50,403 nucleotides of DNA from contig JBAXCC010000002.1 of NCBI GenBank assembly GCA_037141675.1, forward strand, positions 1 through 50,403, given 5' to 3'. Position 1 is the first letter of the stretch. Each line of letters opens with the position of its first letter. The position numbers were made by a program, and so were the translations under genes. Positions 27,774 to 35,632 of this stretch are shown here, one piece after another. The DNA comes from a bacterium (lineage in GTDB: Bacteria; Verrucomicrobiota; Kiritimatiellia; RFP12; UBA1067). The notes under the pieces were generated by a model, which ran no database searches, was not told the origin of the DNA, and worked only from the letters and a program-made list of their open reading frames with translations.

Positions 27774-29088
27774 GAGCGGTTCCTGTTCGAAACATGTTGA
27801 AATCGTGACGTGGTCTGTTCAGAAACCCACGAAAGTTGTTGATCTCTTTTTGGGACGGCCTGCGTTTCCTGCTGCTGCAGAGGCTGTGGCAACAGAAGTG
27901 CTAGCTGCTGTTCGTGAACAGGGCGACGCTGCTGTGTTGGCTGCCGCGAAAAAATTTGATGGCGCGGTGTTGAAGGTGGGCGAATTGCGTGTTACGGATA
28001 CTGAACTTCGTGCAGCCGTCAAATCTGTTCCTGCTCAAACAAAGCGTGCTGTGCAGGAAGCTCATGACCGTGTCATGACATTTGCCAAAGCCGGATTGCG
28101 CGAGCCTTGGTATATCCAGACGCCGGAGGGCGGATACACGGGCGAATTTTATTCGCCAATGGAACGTGTCGGCATTTATGTGCCCGGGGGTACGGCGCCA
28201 CTCGCGTCGACGGCGATAATGACAGCGACGCTTGCAAAGGCTGCCGGGGTGGGGGAGATCGTCGCCTGTACACCCTGCGGAAAAGACAAGAGCCTTAACC
28301 CCGTGCTGCTCTACGCACTTAAGGTGGCAGGCGCGACAGAAATTTATCGCGTGGGCGGTATCCAGTCTATTGGCATGATGGCCTTTGGGACGAAGACCGT
28401 GAAAGCTGTCCAGAAAATCGCAGGTCCCGGGAATGCGTATGTGACGGCTGCTAAGCGGCAAGTTTATGGGCATGTGGCTATTGATCAGGTGGCAGGGCCG
28501 AGTGAGATTGCTGTTCTGGCGGATGCGTCGGCCAATCCTGCATGGGTTGCCGCAGACTTGCTTTCACAGGCAGAGCATGGCAGTGGTCATGAAAAGGCTC
28601 TCTTGGTTACCGATTCTGCGGTGCTTGCGCAATCAGTCTGTGATGAGCTCTCTTGGCAGGCCGGTAAATTGCCGCGTGCGGCAATGGTTGAGCGCGTGAT
28701 GGAGGCGGGAGGCATTTTATTGGTGGTTGTGCCTGATCTTAAACAGGGTATGGAACTGATTAACCGTTTTGCCCCTGAGCATTTGGAGATCATGACAAAG
28801 CATGCACGCCGTATGGTGAATGACGTGCGTGCGGCAGGTGCTGTCTTTGTGGGCGAATGGACACCCGAGTCAGTCGGGGACTTTGTCGCGGGGCCAAGCC
28901 ATGTCCTGCCAACAGGCGGGGCTGCGCGTATGTTCAACGGGCTAACAGCCGATGAATTTCGCCGCCGGCATAGTTTTGTAGAATTCACACGTGAGGATCT
29001 TGTTAAGACCTGTAAGACGATAGAAACTTTTGCAGAGGTCGAGGGGCTCGCCGCCCATGGACGCGCCGCAACAATACGCTTTTCGTAA
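27757..29088 (+). CDS. hisD: Histidinol dehydrogenase
   Basis: Contains GDAAVLAAAKKFDG, YVPGGTAPLASTAIM, GPGNAYVTAAKRQV, DQVAGPSEIAVLAD, AEHGSGHEKALLV, APEHLE and VGDFVAGPSHVLPTGG. ATG at 27757 has GGAG 6 nt upstream. ATG at 27745 is also possible. Both overlap the end of the upstream gene. Confidence 0.93.
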   Translation: MEKKYKSGSCSKHVEIVTWSVQKPTKVVDLFLGRPAFPAAAEAVATEVLAAVREQGDAAVLAAAKKFDGAVLKVGELRVTDTELRAAVKSVPAQTKRAVQEAHDRVMTFAKAGLREPWYIQTPEGGYTGEFYSPMERVGIYVPGGTAPLASTAIMTATLAKAAGVGEIVACTPCGKDKSLNPVLLYALKVAGATEIYRVGGIQSIGMMAFGTKTVKAVQKIAGPGNAYVTAAKRQVYGHVAIDQVAGPSEIAVLADASANPAWVAADLLSQAEHGSGHEKALLVTDSAVLAQSVCDELSWQAGKLPRAAMVERVMEAGGILLVVVPDLKQGMELINRFAPEHLEIMTKHARRMVNDVRAAGAVFVGEWTPESVGDFVAGPSHVLPTGGAARMFNGLTADEFRRRHSFVEFTREDLVKTCKTIETFAEVEGLAAHGRAATIRFS

Positions 29089-29121
29089 GTCACCAAAGTC
29101 GAGTTGTATGGAAAGTCTAAA

Positions 29122-29150
29122 TTGACCCAGCGCGAAATCTTTGGTACAGT
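29122..29150 (+). promoter_or_regulatory. Putative sigma-70 promoter of a ~230-nt leader/small RNA
   Basis: TTGACC (29122-29127), 17-nt spacer, then TACAGT (29145-29150), 34 nt after the hisD stop. Pattern match only. Confidence 0.35.
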
Positions 29151-29272
29151 ATGAATAATCTTTTTTGGGATCCGGGAGGGGTCTAAATCCCGGTGAGACA
29201 ACCGAAGTGGACCCTGCCTTGTTCGCGGATAAGCAGTATTTCTCTGACCTTCATTTTATTTTGGGAGTTTGA

Positions 29273-29326
29273 ATGCGGCGTAAGACGGAAACCTGTCTAG
29301 AGCAGGGACCTGAGGCCACCGACTAG
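29273..29326 (+). other. Candidate 17-codon leader peptide ORF (MRRKTETCLEQGPEATD)
   Basis: ATG at 29273 has GGGAG 5 nt upstream. The stop TAG (29324-29326) lies 4 nt before the 5' arm of the terminator stem. There is no evidence of translation beyond geometry. Confidence 0.25.
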
Positions 29327-29330
29327 AGCG

Positions 29331-29388
29331 CCCACCTCAACGGAGAGGTTTCAGGGGTCCTGCAATACGACAAGGTGGGGTTTTTTTT
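29331..29388 (+). terminator. Intrinsic terminator-like element 21 nt upstream of the 29410 start codon
   Basis: CCCACCT (29331-29337) pairs with AGGTGGG (29373-29379) and is followed by T8 (29381-29388). The 35-nt loop contains the 3' arm of a competing hairpin: GCAGG 29302-29306 pairs with CCTGC 29359-29363, flanked by TGA/TCA. Confidence 0.55.
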
Positions 29389-29409
29389 AGGGTAAAACGT
29401 GGAGTTTTC

Positions 29410-30285
29410 ATGTGCAAAACGTTTCCAAGTTTATCATATATGGTGCTTCTTTTCGTTGTTGTTCCTGTTTGCTTGGCACAACTGCCCGATGTTCCGGAAG
29501 AGGCTATTGAAGCCTTGGGTAAAACAGAAGGGACGCCGCAAAGCAATGGTTTTGTTTTTTTTGAAGGGCGCTACATTGCACCGCCTTATACGGTGACCCG
29601 CAAAGGAAATGGGATTTTTGTTAATCGTATTCAAGTTGAGCAACCTTTTGCATGGATGGCTGAAACCCTGACGCTTGCCGCCCTTCTTCCGACTAAGAAA
29701 CCAGAGGAAGCGGTGAAAAAAAGTGATGTTGATAGCGGGGATAGTGCTGTCGAGACGCCTGCGCAAAATACAGTAGAGGATTTCATGAGTGCTCCTGTCC
29801 TCCCAGCCGAGGCAAAGCCAGTTGATAAGCCGGCGGGCAAGGCGTTAGACTTGCTTTTTGGGGATGAATCCGCCAAACCAGCCACAGAAGAAAAGAGTGA
29901 TGCCGCTGTCGAAAAAAAGACAGTTCCTGTAGTTCTTACGCAAAAGCAAAAGACTGAACTTCGCACCAAGCTGGATGCGATCCGATTGCGCTTCGAGGTG
30001 GGACTATCGCAAGGCGAAATTTTTTTGTTCGATGACAAGAATGGCCGTATTAACGGAACGTATGGTACTGCAAAAGCATTGTTTGCTGTCTTGCCGGAAG
30101 CGGTGCGTTATTCAAAATCCCCTCAGGACTTGATGGCGCGGCTCAATCAGGGGGGCGTTAACTTTTTGGATATCAATGCCTGTACGGACTTATATCGGAA
30201 TAAGCTCAACTTTATAGTTCTGAACGAGCGTCGGAGAGCCATCGAACTCAACGAAGAAAAGAAGTACCAATTACGCTCAAAATAA
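29410..30285 (+). CDS. Secreted hypothetical protein
   Basis: 291 aa. GGAG lies 5 nt upstream of the ATG. Has a signal peptide (MVLLFVVVPVCLAQ) and a central low-complexity acidic/Lys/Pro region. No family recognised. Confidence 0.6.
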   Translation: MCKTFPSLSYMVLLFVVVPVCLAQLPDVPEEAIEALGKTEGTPQSNGFVFFEGRYIAPPYTVTRKGNGIFVNRIQVEQPFAWMAETLTLAALLPTKKPEEAVKKSDVDSGDSAVETPAQNTVEDFMSAPVLPAEAKPVDKPAGKALDLLFGDESAKPATEEKSDAAVEKKTVPVVLTQKQKTELRTKLDAIRLRFEVGLSQGEIFLFDDKNGRINGTYGTAKALFAVLPEAVRYSKSPQDLMARLNQGGVNFLDINACTDLYRNKLNFIVLNERRRAIELNEEKKYQLRSK

Positions 30286-30605
30286 TGGTTTTGATGCCTA
30301 ATATGAAACGCGCAACACATCAATGTCAACCCTCCGCGCGTCATGCGCTTGCCGCCGCGCTTGTGTCTATTTCCGACTTAAAAGAGATGGAGATTTTTTT
30401 AGAGGAGTTGTTAACGCGTGGCGAACTGTGTGACATTACGTTGCGCTGGCGATTGCTGGAGTTATTATCTCAAGGAGTCTCCCAGCGAAAAATTGCCGAG
30501 GATCTTCAAATCAGCCTCTGCAAAATTACGCGTGGTTCGCGCATCTTAAAGAACAAGAACTCGATGTCCGGAAAAATATTGAATGCGGCTCGTGAAAATG
30601 GCTGA
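30285..30605 (+). CDS. TrpR/YerC-YecD family DNA-binding protein
   Basis: Contains LEELLTRGELCDITLRWRLLELLSQGVSQRKIAEDLQISLCKITRGSRILKN, which matches the Trp-repressor-type HTH including ITRGS. The start overlaps the upstream stop (TAATG at 30283-30287). ATGs at 30297 and 30306 are alternatives. Confidence 0.75.
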   Translation: MVLMPNMKRATHQCQPSARHALAAALVSISDLKEMEIFLEELLTRGELCDITLRWRLLELLSQGVSQRKIAEDLQISLCKITRGSRILKNKNSMSGKILNAARENG

Positions 30606-30989
30606 CCGGGCCTGTTCGCGCGAGGGGCTTCACAGGTATTTCAGGCAAACCAAATTGAATCGTAAAAGGGTGTGTTTTGCTGCCTGCCCACGTATCACGA
30701 ACGCTCGGATGAATAGAGGGCCATGTCTCCCGGGGTGTTGACTTGCCAACAATGAAACGTACAGGCGTATGGATCGTCTTTTCATAACGTTTCCATCCTG
30801 GACCAGAAGCCAACAGGAACAATGCTGGACTTTGATCGTCCGTGCCAATAGAAAGAATGATGGCAGGAAGCTCGGCCAGGCAGGTGCTCGCGATAAGCAG
30901 GCTCGCGCACCCTGCGTATTGCCTCAGCCGTTGTCGAATAACCGCCGCAGGCGCACAATAGATCCCCGCCCCCTTTTTTTATTAATCAT
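30526..30989 (-). pseudogene. Homopolymer-interrupted ORF of unknown function (possible frameshifted, phase-variable or mis-sequenced gene)
   Basis: The minus strand reads ATG ATT AAT then A7 G5 (plus-strand T7 at 30974-80). As written, the ATG frame stops after 22 codons. One extra A joins it to a ~150-codon stop-free frame (KKGAGIYCAPAAV...PAIILSIGTDDQSPALFLLASGPGWKRYEKTIHTPVRFIVGK...) that has no start of its own. Its 3' end runs antisense into the TrpR-like gene. Confidence 0.3.
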
Positions 30990-31126
30990 GGTGCCCGCAT
31001 TCCCCCTAGCTCATTAATAACAGCCATAACGCTAGCGACATGATGGACTAAAGTAAAGTTTCTTTTCCCCGTTTTTAGGAAAAGAGGATATGGGGGTAAC
31101 TACTACCGAAATCTATTTCTTAGTAC

Positions 31127-31155
31127 TTGTCAGAAAAGGGAAAAAATGATAAATT
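31127..31155 (+). promoter_or_regulatory. Putative extended -10 promoter of the polysaccharide-export block
   Basis: TTGTCA (31127-31132), 17-nt spacer ending in TGa, then TAAATT (31150-31155). The surrounding region is AT-rich. Pattern match only. Confidence 0.35.
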
Positions 31156-31218
31156 GGGAACATGATTTCTTGGGAAGAACGATTTATTAGAAAAAGCAAG
31201 AGGGTGTCTTCTTTTCGA

Positions 31219-31881
31219 ATGGTGTCGATCAGCATGTTTCTTTTGATGGCAAGTAGCTTCAGCTTATTGTGCGGGTGTACAGCTTTTTTGGATATGTTTG
31301 CAGTTGGAAAGGAACCGGATGGCCCCCTGCCTGTGTTTTCAGACAATGGGGATCCGATGATCGTTCCTGGTTTGTATTTGCGCATTGGGGTGACGGCTTC
31401 TGGCGCGGTGACGGTTGAAGAGAGCCAGAAAGAAGTGGATATGAATGGTGAGATCGTGATGCCGATGATTGGGACGGTTAAGTGTGGCGGATTGACCGTG
31501 GTCGCCTTGCAGGAGAAGATTAAAGCGGCATATACGAAGTATTTTATTGATCCTCAGGTGTCCGTGGGTTTTGTTTATAATGAGGCCATGGGGATGAAGT
31601 CGCCGTGGGGTTCGGTGTTGGTTATGGGTTCTGTGCAACGGCCCGGCCCAGTGAATATGCCGCCGACACGGGATTTGACTGTGACGCGCGCCCTGATGGC
31701 CGCAGGCAATCCGACACCTTTAGCGGATAAGTCGCGTATTCGTGTGTCACGTCGGGAGAAGGATGGCAAGGTCACTCGATATTTTATTGATGTTGTTGAG
31801 ATTGGCAAAGGAGGCCGAACAGAATTGGACATCCAATTGAAGTCCGGCGATGTCATATGGGTTCCGGATACATGGTATTAA
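31219..31881 (+). CDS. Short outer-membrane polysaccharide export (OPX, Wza-like) lipoprotein: Poly_export plus a single SLBB domain
   Basis: Lipobox-like FSLLCGC. Poly_export block (GEIVMPMIGTVKCGGLTVVALQEKIKAAYTKYFIDPQVSVGFV). SLBB block (VLVMGSVQRPGPVNMP...LTVTRALMAAGN...GDVIWVP). The protein ends right after the SLBB domain. The ORF-track start at 31162 would sit at the predicted transcription start, so ATG 31219 is preferred. Confidence 0.85.
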   Translation: MVSISMFLLMASSFSLLCGCTAFLDMFAVGKEPDGPLPVFSDNGDPMIVPGLYLRIGVTASGAVTVEESQKEVDMNGEIVMPMIGTVKCGGLTVVALQEKIKAAYTKYFIDPQVSVGFVYNEAMGMKSPWGSVLVMGSVQRPGPVNMPPTRDLTVTRALMAAGNPTPLADKSRIRVSRREKDGKVTRYFIDVVEIGKGGRTELDIQLKSGDVIWVPDTWY

Positions 31882-31905
31882 CAGGGAGAATAAGGAGCAG
31901 GCGTT

Positions 31906-32847
31906 ATGAATAGCAAGCGTGCGCAATTTTATATTGTGTGTTCAGTTGTGTTGATTTGTGCAACGAGTGCGATAGCACAAAATGCTGCGGGTACACCTGT
32001 TTCAACGGAGAAGCAGAGCTCGGAGGTCGGGATGCTCACGCGGTCTCAGTGGCTAAAGAAGATCGGAGATGCAGCCAAGGATGTGAATACGGCCAAAGAG
32101 GTTATGAAAAAGGTTGCTGTGGGGCAGAAAGTTGAATTTACGCAGCGCTTGCTTAAGGCGATTACCCGGATGCCCTTGAGCCCGGAAGAAAAACTTACCT
32201 CCTTAACGCAGGCGGCAATCGCGTGTATTGGCGGTACGCCCATGTCGAATGACGGACGATATAAAGTCATTGCGGAAGTGATTGCTGTCGTACCTGTTGA
32301 ATATCTGCCAAGTCTTATGGGCGCGCTGGCAAAGCGGTTCAATCAGAAACTGAATAATTTAACTTCTGATCAATTCAAAGTAATGGCTGAAACGACAATC
32401 AAGCTTTCGGTTGAACGTAATAAGAGTACAGATGATCGTGCTGTTCGTAATACCTTTGCGATGTTGCTCTTTTTGACGGCGACAACACCTGCTGAGACTC
32501 CTGGCTTACAGGATCTTCTGATGAAACTTCTTCCGGATGATAGTAACCGCGAATTGGCGAAGAACTGGATCGATGAAGCGCAGAAGGGGAATTTCGAGCC
32601 TATGTTCATGGTCGCTGAAGTGGTTGATCGTGTGAGTGTGACTCCCCCACGCCCAGGAGTTCAGCGTGTCGGTGTTTCGCAGATGGAAGGTTTGTTATCC
32701 GATTCAGGCGGGTTAACCGGATCGTTTGGTGATGCAATCCGCCGGAACAATATGGCGCCGGGTATAGGTATATTTATTCCTGGAGATATTGGAATCCAAA
32801 CCGCGCCGCGTCCGCGTCCTTATCAGAATCAAGGGGACATCTTGTAG
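31906..32847 (+). CDS. Secreted hypothetical protein in the polysaccharide-export block
   Basis: 313 aa with a signal peptide (VVLICATSAIAQN), largely helical-looking. No family recognised. Confidence 0.55.
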   Translation: MNSKRAQFYIVCSVVLICATSAIAQNAAGTPVSTEKQSSEVGMLTRSQWLKKIGDAAKDVNTAKEVMKKVAVGQKVEFTQRLLKAITRMPLSPEEKLTSLTQAAIACIGGTPMSNDGRYKVIAEVIAVVPVEYLPSLMGALAKRFNQKLNNLTSDQFKVMAETTIKLSVERNKSTDDRAVRNTFAMLLFLTATTPAETPGLQDLLMKLLPDDSNRELAKNWIDEAQKGNFEPMFMVAEVVDRVSVTPPRPGVQRVGVSQMEGLLSDSGGLTGSFGDAIRRNNMAPGIGIFIPGDIGIQTAPRPRPYQNQGDIL

Positions 32848-32914
32848 GAACACTCAAACAGGTCCAACGACAAAATCAAACAGAAATGAAGTTCTTCTTT
32901 AAGGGAGAGGCAAA

Positions 32915-34105
32915 ATGATCACAGTAAATGATATGTATAAAGCAACGTTTTTCCTGTTGGCGGGGGTGTTGCCTATTAGCGTGTTAGCGCAAAGGTCGGA
33001 TGGATTGCGTTTAGGCCATCTCAAGATTTCTCCTTATGTCAGTCTCGAGGCAGCGTATGATTCGAACATTCGTCTGCAGGTCGATAACCAAGAAGATATC
33101 ATCTATCGTATTAATCCCGGTTTGGATGTGGAATATGCCGGCACAGATTGGGGTATTGTCGGTAATGGGTGGTATGCGTATGACCTGTATCAAAAATATG
33201 ACATCTTGAACGCCCATCGCTACGGCGAAGATCTTGAAATCTATGTTGAGTCGGTAAAGGGCTGGAAGTTTCGTGTTGGCGAACGATATAATTTCAGCAA
33301 CCAGAATGACACGATGTTATCGGGCGGAAGTGGTGTTTGGCGTAACCGTCACCAGTTTGATATTGATGCGGTTTTGGCGTATGAGATCAGCGAACGGTGG
33401 TCCGTCGGATTGAACGCTATGTACACGGATAACTGGTTTGATACAAAAACAGAGGAATATCAGCCCTTATATGGATTTAGTTCAGCTCAGATTGGCGCGG
33501 AAACGGATTATGCTCTTACCCCGAAGACGGGGTTGATTTTGAACGGATCCTATCAGCGTTATATGTCGGAAGGTGATGTTCAGGGCGCAAACGGTGAGAG
33601 CGACGGATATACACTCATGGGTGGTTTCGGGTCGCGTTTCACGGAACGGCTGAAATATCGTATCCTGGTTGGCGCGAATTTTTACTCTACTGAGGATGAA
33701 ACCTCGATTAGTCCCGCGCTGAATGCGAATATCAACTGGATGATGAGTCAGCGTTGGGCTCTGACAGTGGCGACGGCTACCTATTATCAGCCGAGTGAAA
33801 CGGTTAAGGGGCAGTCCAAAAACATTTGGTCACTCTCGGCAGGGGTGAGCTATAAGCCTACAGAGCGTATTGATATGTCTCTTGACGCTGTTTATCGCCG
33901 TGAGGATTGCCAGTCAATGTACAATCAAGGAGTCACAGCGCAGGATTATATTACGGATCAATATGTAGCCCGCTATCGTATTGCTTATTGGTTTATCAAA
34001 TACGCGAGTGTTTATGCGGCTGCGGAGTATACGCTCCAGACAGATGAGATTCTTGACGATTGGGAGCGTTATCGTCTCTCCATTGGTTGCTTATTCCGCT
34101 ATTAA
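32915..34105 (+). CDS. Outer-membrane beta-barrel protein (polysaccharide-locus associated)
   Basis: Signal peptide (FFLLAGVLPISVLAQ). Many alternating-hydrophobic, aromatic-girdle strands (YRILVGANFYS, WALTVATATYYQ, WSLSAGVSYKP, ASVYAAAEYTLQ). C-terminal ...IGCLFRY has the terminal aromatic typical of BAM substrates. Confidence 0.75.
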   Translation: MITVNDMYKATFFLLAGVLPISVLAQRSDGLRLGHLKISPYVSLEAAYDSNIRLQVDNQEDIIYRINPGLDVEYAGTDWGIVGNGWYAYDLYQKYDILNAHRYGEDLEIYVESVKGWKFRVGERYNFSNQNDTMLSGGSGVWRNRHQFDIDAVLAYEISERWSVGLNAMYTDNWFDTKTEEYQPLYGFSSAQIGAETDYALTPKTGLILNGSYQRYMSEGDVQGANGESDGYTLMGGFGSRFTERLKYRILVGANFYSTEDETSISPALNANINWMMSQRWALTVATATYYQPSETVKGQSKNIWSLSAGVSYKPTERIDMSLDAVYRREDCQSMYNQGVTAQDYITDQYVARYRIAYWFIKYASVYAAAEYTLQTDEILDDWERYRLSIGCLFRY

Positions 34106-34195
34106 ACCAGAAGGGTTTCGGAAAAGTGAACATGATTCTTGCCCACGCGAAAAAACACGAGCGTGGGCATTTTGTTGTAAAAGGGTTTTTGGGGC

Positions 34196-35617
34196 ATGAT
34201 GCAGAAGTTTTTCACGAAGTATTGGCTGGCTTTTCAGTTGCTTATTTTGTTTGGAGCAGTCAGCGTGGGCATTTTCAGCAAGGAGACAAACGGATCAATC
34301 TATTTGTTCTGGCTGTCGCTATTTGCTGTTGAGTCACTCGTGTTGTTGCCAACGGTTTTTAAGGATGAAGCTATTACGGAAGCGCGAAAGCGCGTGCTCC
34401 GTTCCATGGAAGGAGACTCCTTCACATACGTGGGGATTGTCCTTATGGGTATTGTATGTATACAGTGGCTGAACAGTGGGTGTAGTTTAGTTTATTTAAC
34501 AGATGCGGATGTCTGGAAGTTCAGTCTGCCCCCAGTCGAGTGGCTTCCGTACAGTGTTAAGCCTATCCCGGCACTTGCCGTACTTTCATTGGTTGTTTCC
34601 GTATTCGCTGGCGGGCTTGTCATTCGTAACGGGCTTGGGAAGGGTGGAAAGCGTTTCTTCTTGGAAGCGGCGACGATTATGAGTGGGATGATAGCTGCTT
34701 ATGCTGTTCTCCAGAGTCTCAAGGGGGTTCCTCTTTATGCCGCATGGGCAACTGACCCTGGCGCATGTAATCCGGGTACGTTCTTTGCTTTTTGGTTTTT
34801 GATCTCATTGGGACGTGATCTTAGTTCTGCGTCTTCGAAGTTTACGCCAGTGAAGACGGCTCTCTGGTGGGGTTTTGCTTTTGCGGGAAACTTGGTTGGC
34901 TTTCTACAATTTTCGTCTGCGTTAGGTCTGCTGATATATGGTGTTATAGGTGTGTTGCTCATCATCTATCGAATAAGCATACTGTTTTGCCAGCATGTTC
35001 AGGTGATCAAGCGATTCCGGTTTGTATTGGGAATCGGGCTTGCCGTGTCTCTTGTGACGTTTGCGATTGTGTTTTTAGTTCCTAAATCGCCGATTATTCC
35101 CAAAATAATGGAGTTGACGGATACGGCTTCCTTTGAGCAAGCGATAGCCAATCGAAATTTCAGGATGAAAGCGGCGCTTAAAATCTGGGAGGGGGTTCCT
35201 TGGACAGGTGTAGGTGCAAATGGATTTTCGCAGTATTTAGGCACAGTCATTGAGGACAGTGACTGGAAGCAGGCGAAAAAAGACAAGCAATTCGTATGGA
35301 GCGATGCTTACCAGTTCTTATGTGAATGGGGTGTTATAGGGTCAGGCGTCTTGATTGCAATGATTATTACGATGTTGATTCCTTTGTTTGTCAGGATGCG
35401 CAATATTTTAGGGAATCGGGATAAGAGCTTTTCGGTGTGGGGTGACTTTTTGGAGTTCGATGACTATGTTGTCCCCTGCCTGGTTGTGATCGTGGTGTTG
35501 CTCATAGAGGGCTGGTTTTCCAGCCCCTTCCAGTCCCCTGCGATTTTTATGAGTTGGTTTTGCGTGTTGGCTGTATTACCAGGATTGCTCCCGGCCCCAA
35601 AGAGGAGACATTTTTAG
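34196..35617 (+). CDS. O-antigen ligase / Wzy-like polysaccharide polymerase family membrane protein
   Basis: 473 aa, at least 10 TM helices. A large loop carries the Wzy_C-like block (KIWEGVPWTGVGANGFSQY). Confidence 0.7.
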   Translation: MMQKFFTKYWLAFQLLILFGAVSVGIFSKETNGSIYLFWLSLFAVESLVLLPTVFKDEAITEARKRVLRSMEGDSFTYVGIVLMGIVCIQWLNSGCSLVYLTDADVWKFSLPPVEWLPYSVKPIPALAVLSLVVSVFAGGLVIRNGLGKGGKRFFLEAATIMSGMIAAYAVLQSLKGVPLYAAWATDPGACNPGTFFAFWFLISLGRDLSSASSKFTPVKTALWWGFAFAGNLVGFLQFSSALGLLIYGVIGVLLIIYRISILFCQHVQVIKRFRFVLGIGLAVSLVTFAIVFLVPKSPIIPKIMELTDTASFEQAIANRNFRMKAALKIWEGVPWTGVGANGFSQYLGTVIEDSDWKQAKKDKQFVWSDAYQFLCEWGVIGSGVLIAMIITMLIPLFVRMRNILGNRDKSFSVWGDFLEFDDYVVPCLVVIVVLLIEGWFSSPFQSPAIFMSWFCVLAVLPGLLPAPKRRHF

Positions 35618-35632
35618 GAAGAAGGTAAGAAG

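Noticed and set aside
29109-29215. GGAAAGTC (RNase P P4-like) and GGTGAGA / GAAGTGGACCCTGCC strings, reminiscent of TPP or cobalamin riboswitch boxes, in the post-hisD leader
   Set aside because: These are only short isolated matches in the wrong order and context. The other conserved elements of RNase P RNA, TPP or cobalamin riboswitches are absent. tmRNA, SRP RNA and 6S features were also not found. The region is kept only as an unclassified structured leader.
30769-31017. 82-aa plus-strand ORF, plus 72-98-aa minus-strand ORF-track entries, in the 30.6-31.0 kb gap
   Set aside because: The plus-strand ORF is Arg/Pro-rich and lies antisense to the longer stop-free frame. The minus-strand entries are fragments of that frame and are treated together as the homopolymer-interrupted ORF.
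31061-31085. AT-rich hairpin TCTTTTCC-N9-GGAAAAGA upstream of the polysaccharide locus
   Set aside because: The stem is weak and no T-tract follows. It may be a protein-binding palindrome, but a single 8-bp AT-rich inverted repeat in an AT-rich promoter region is not distinctive.
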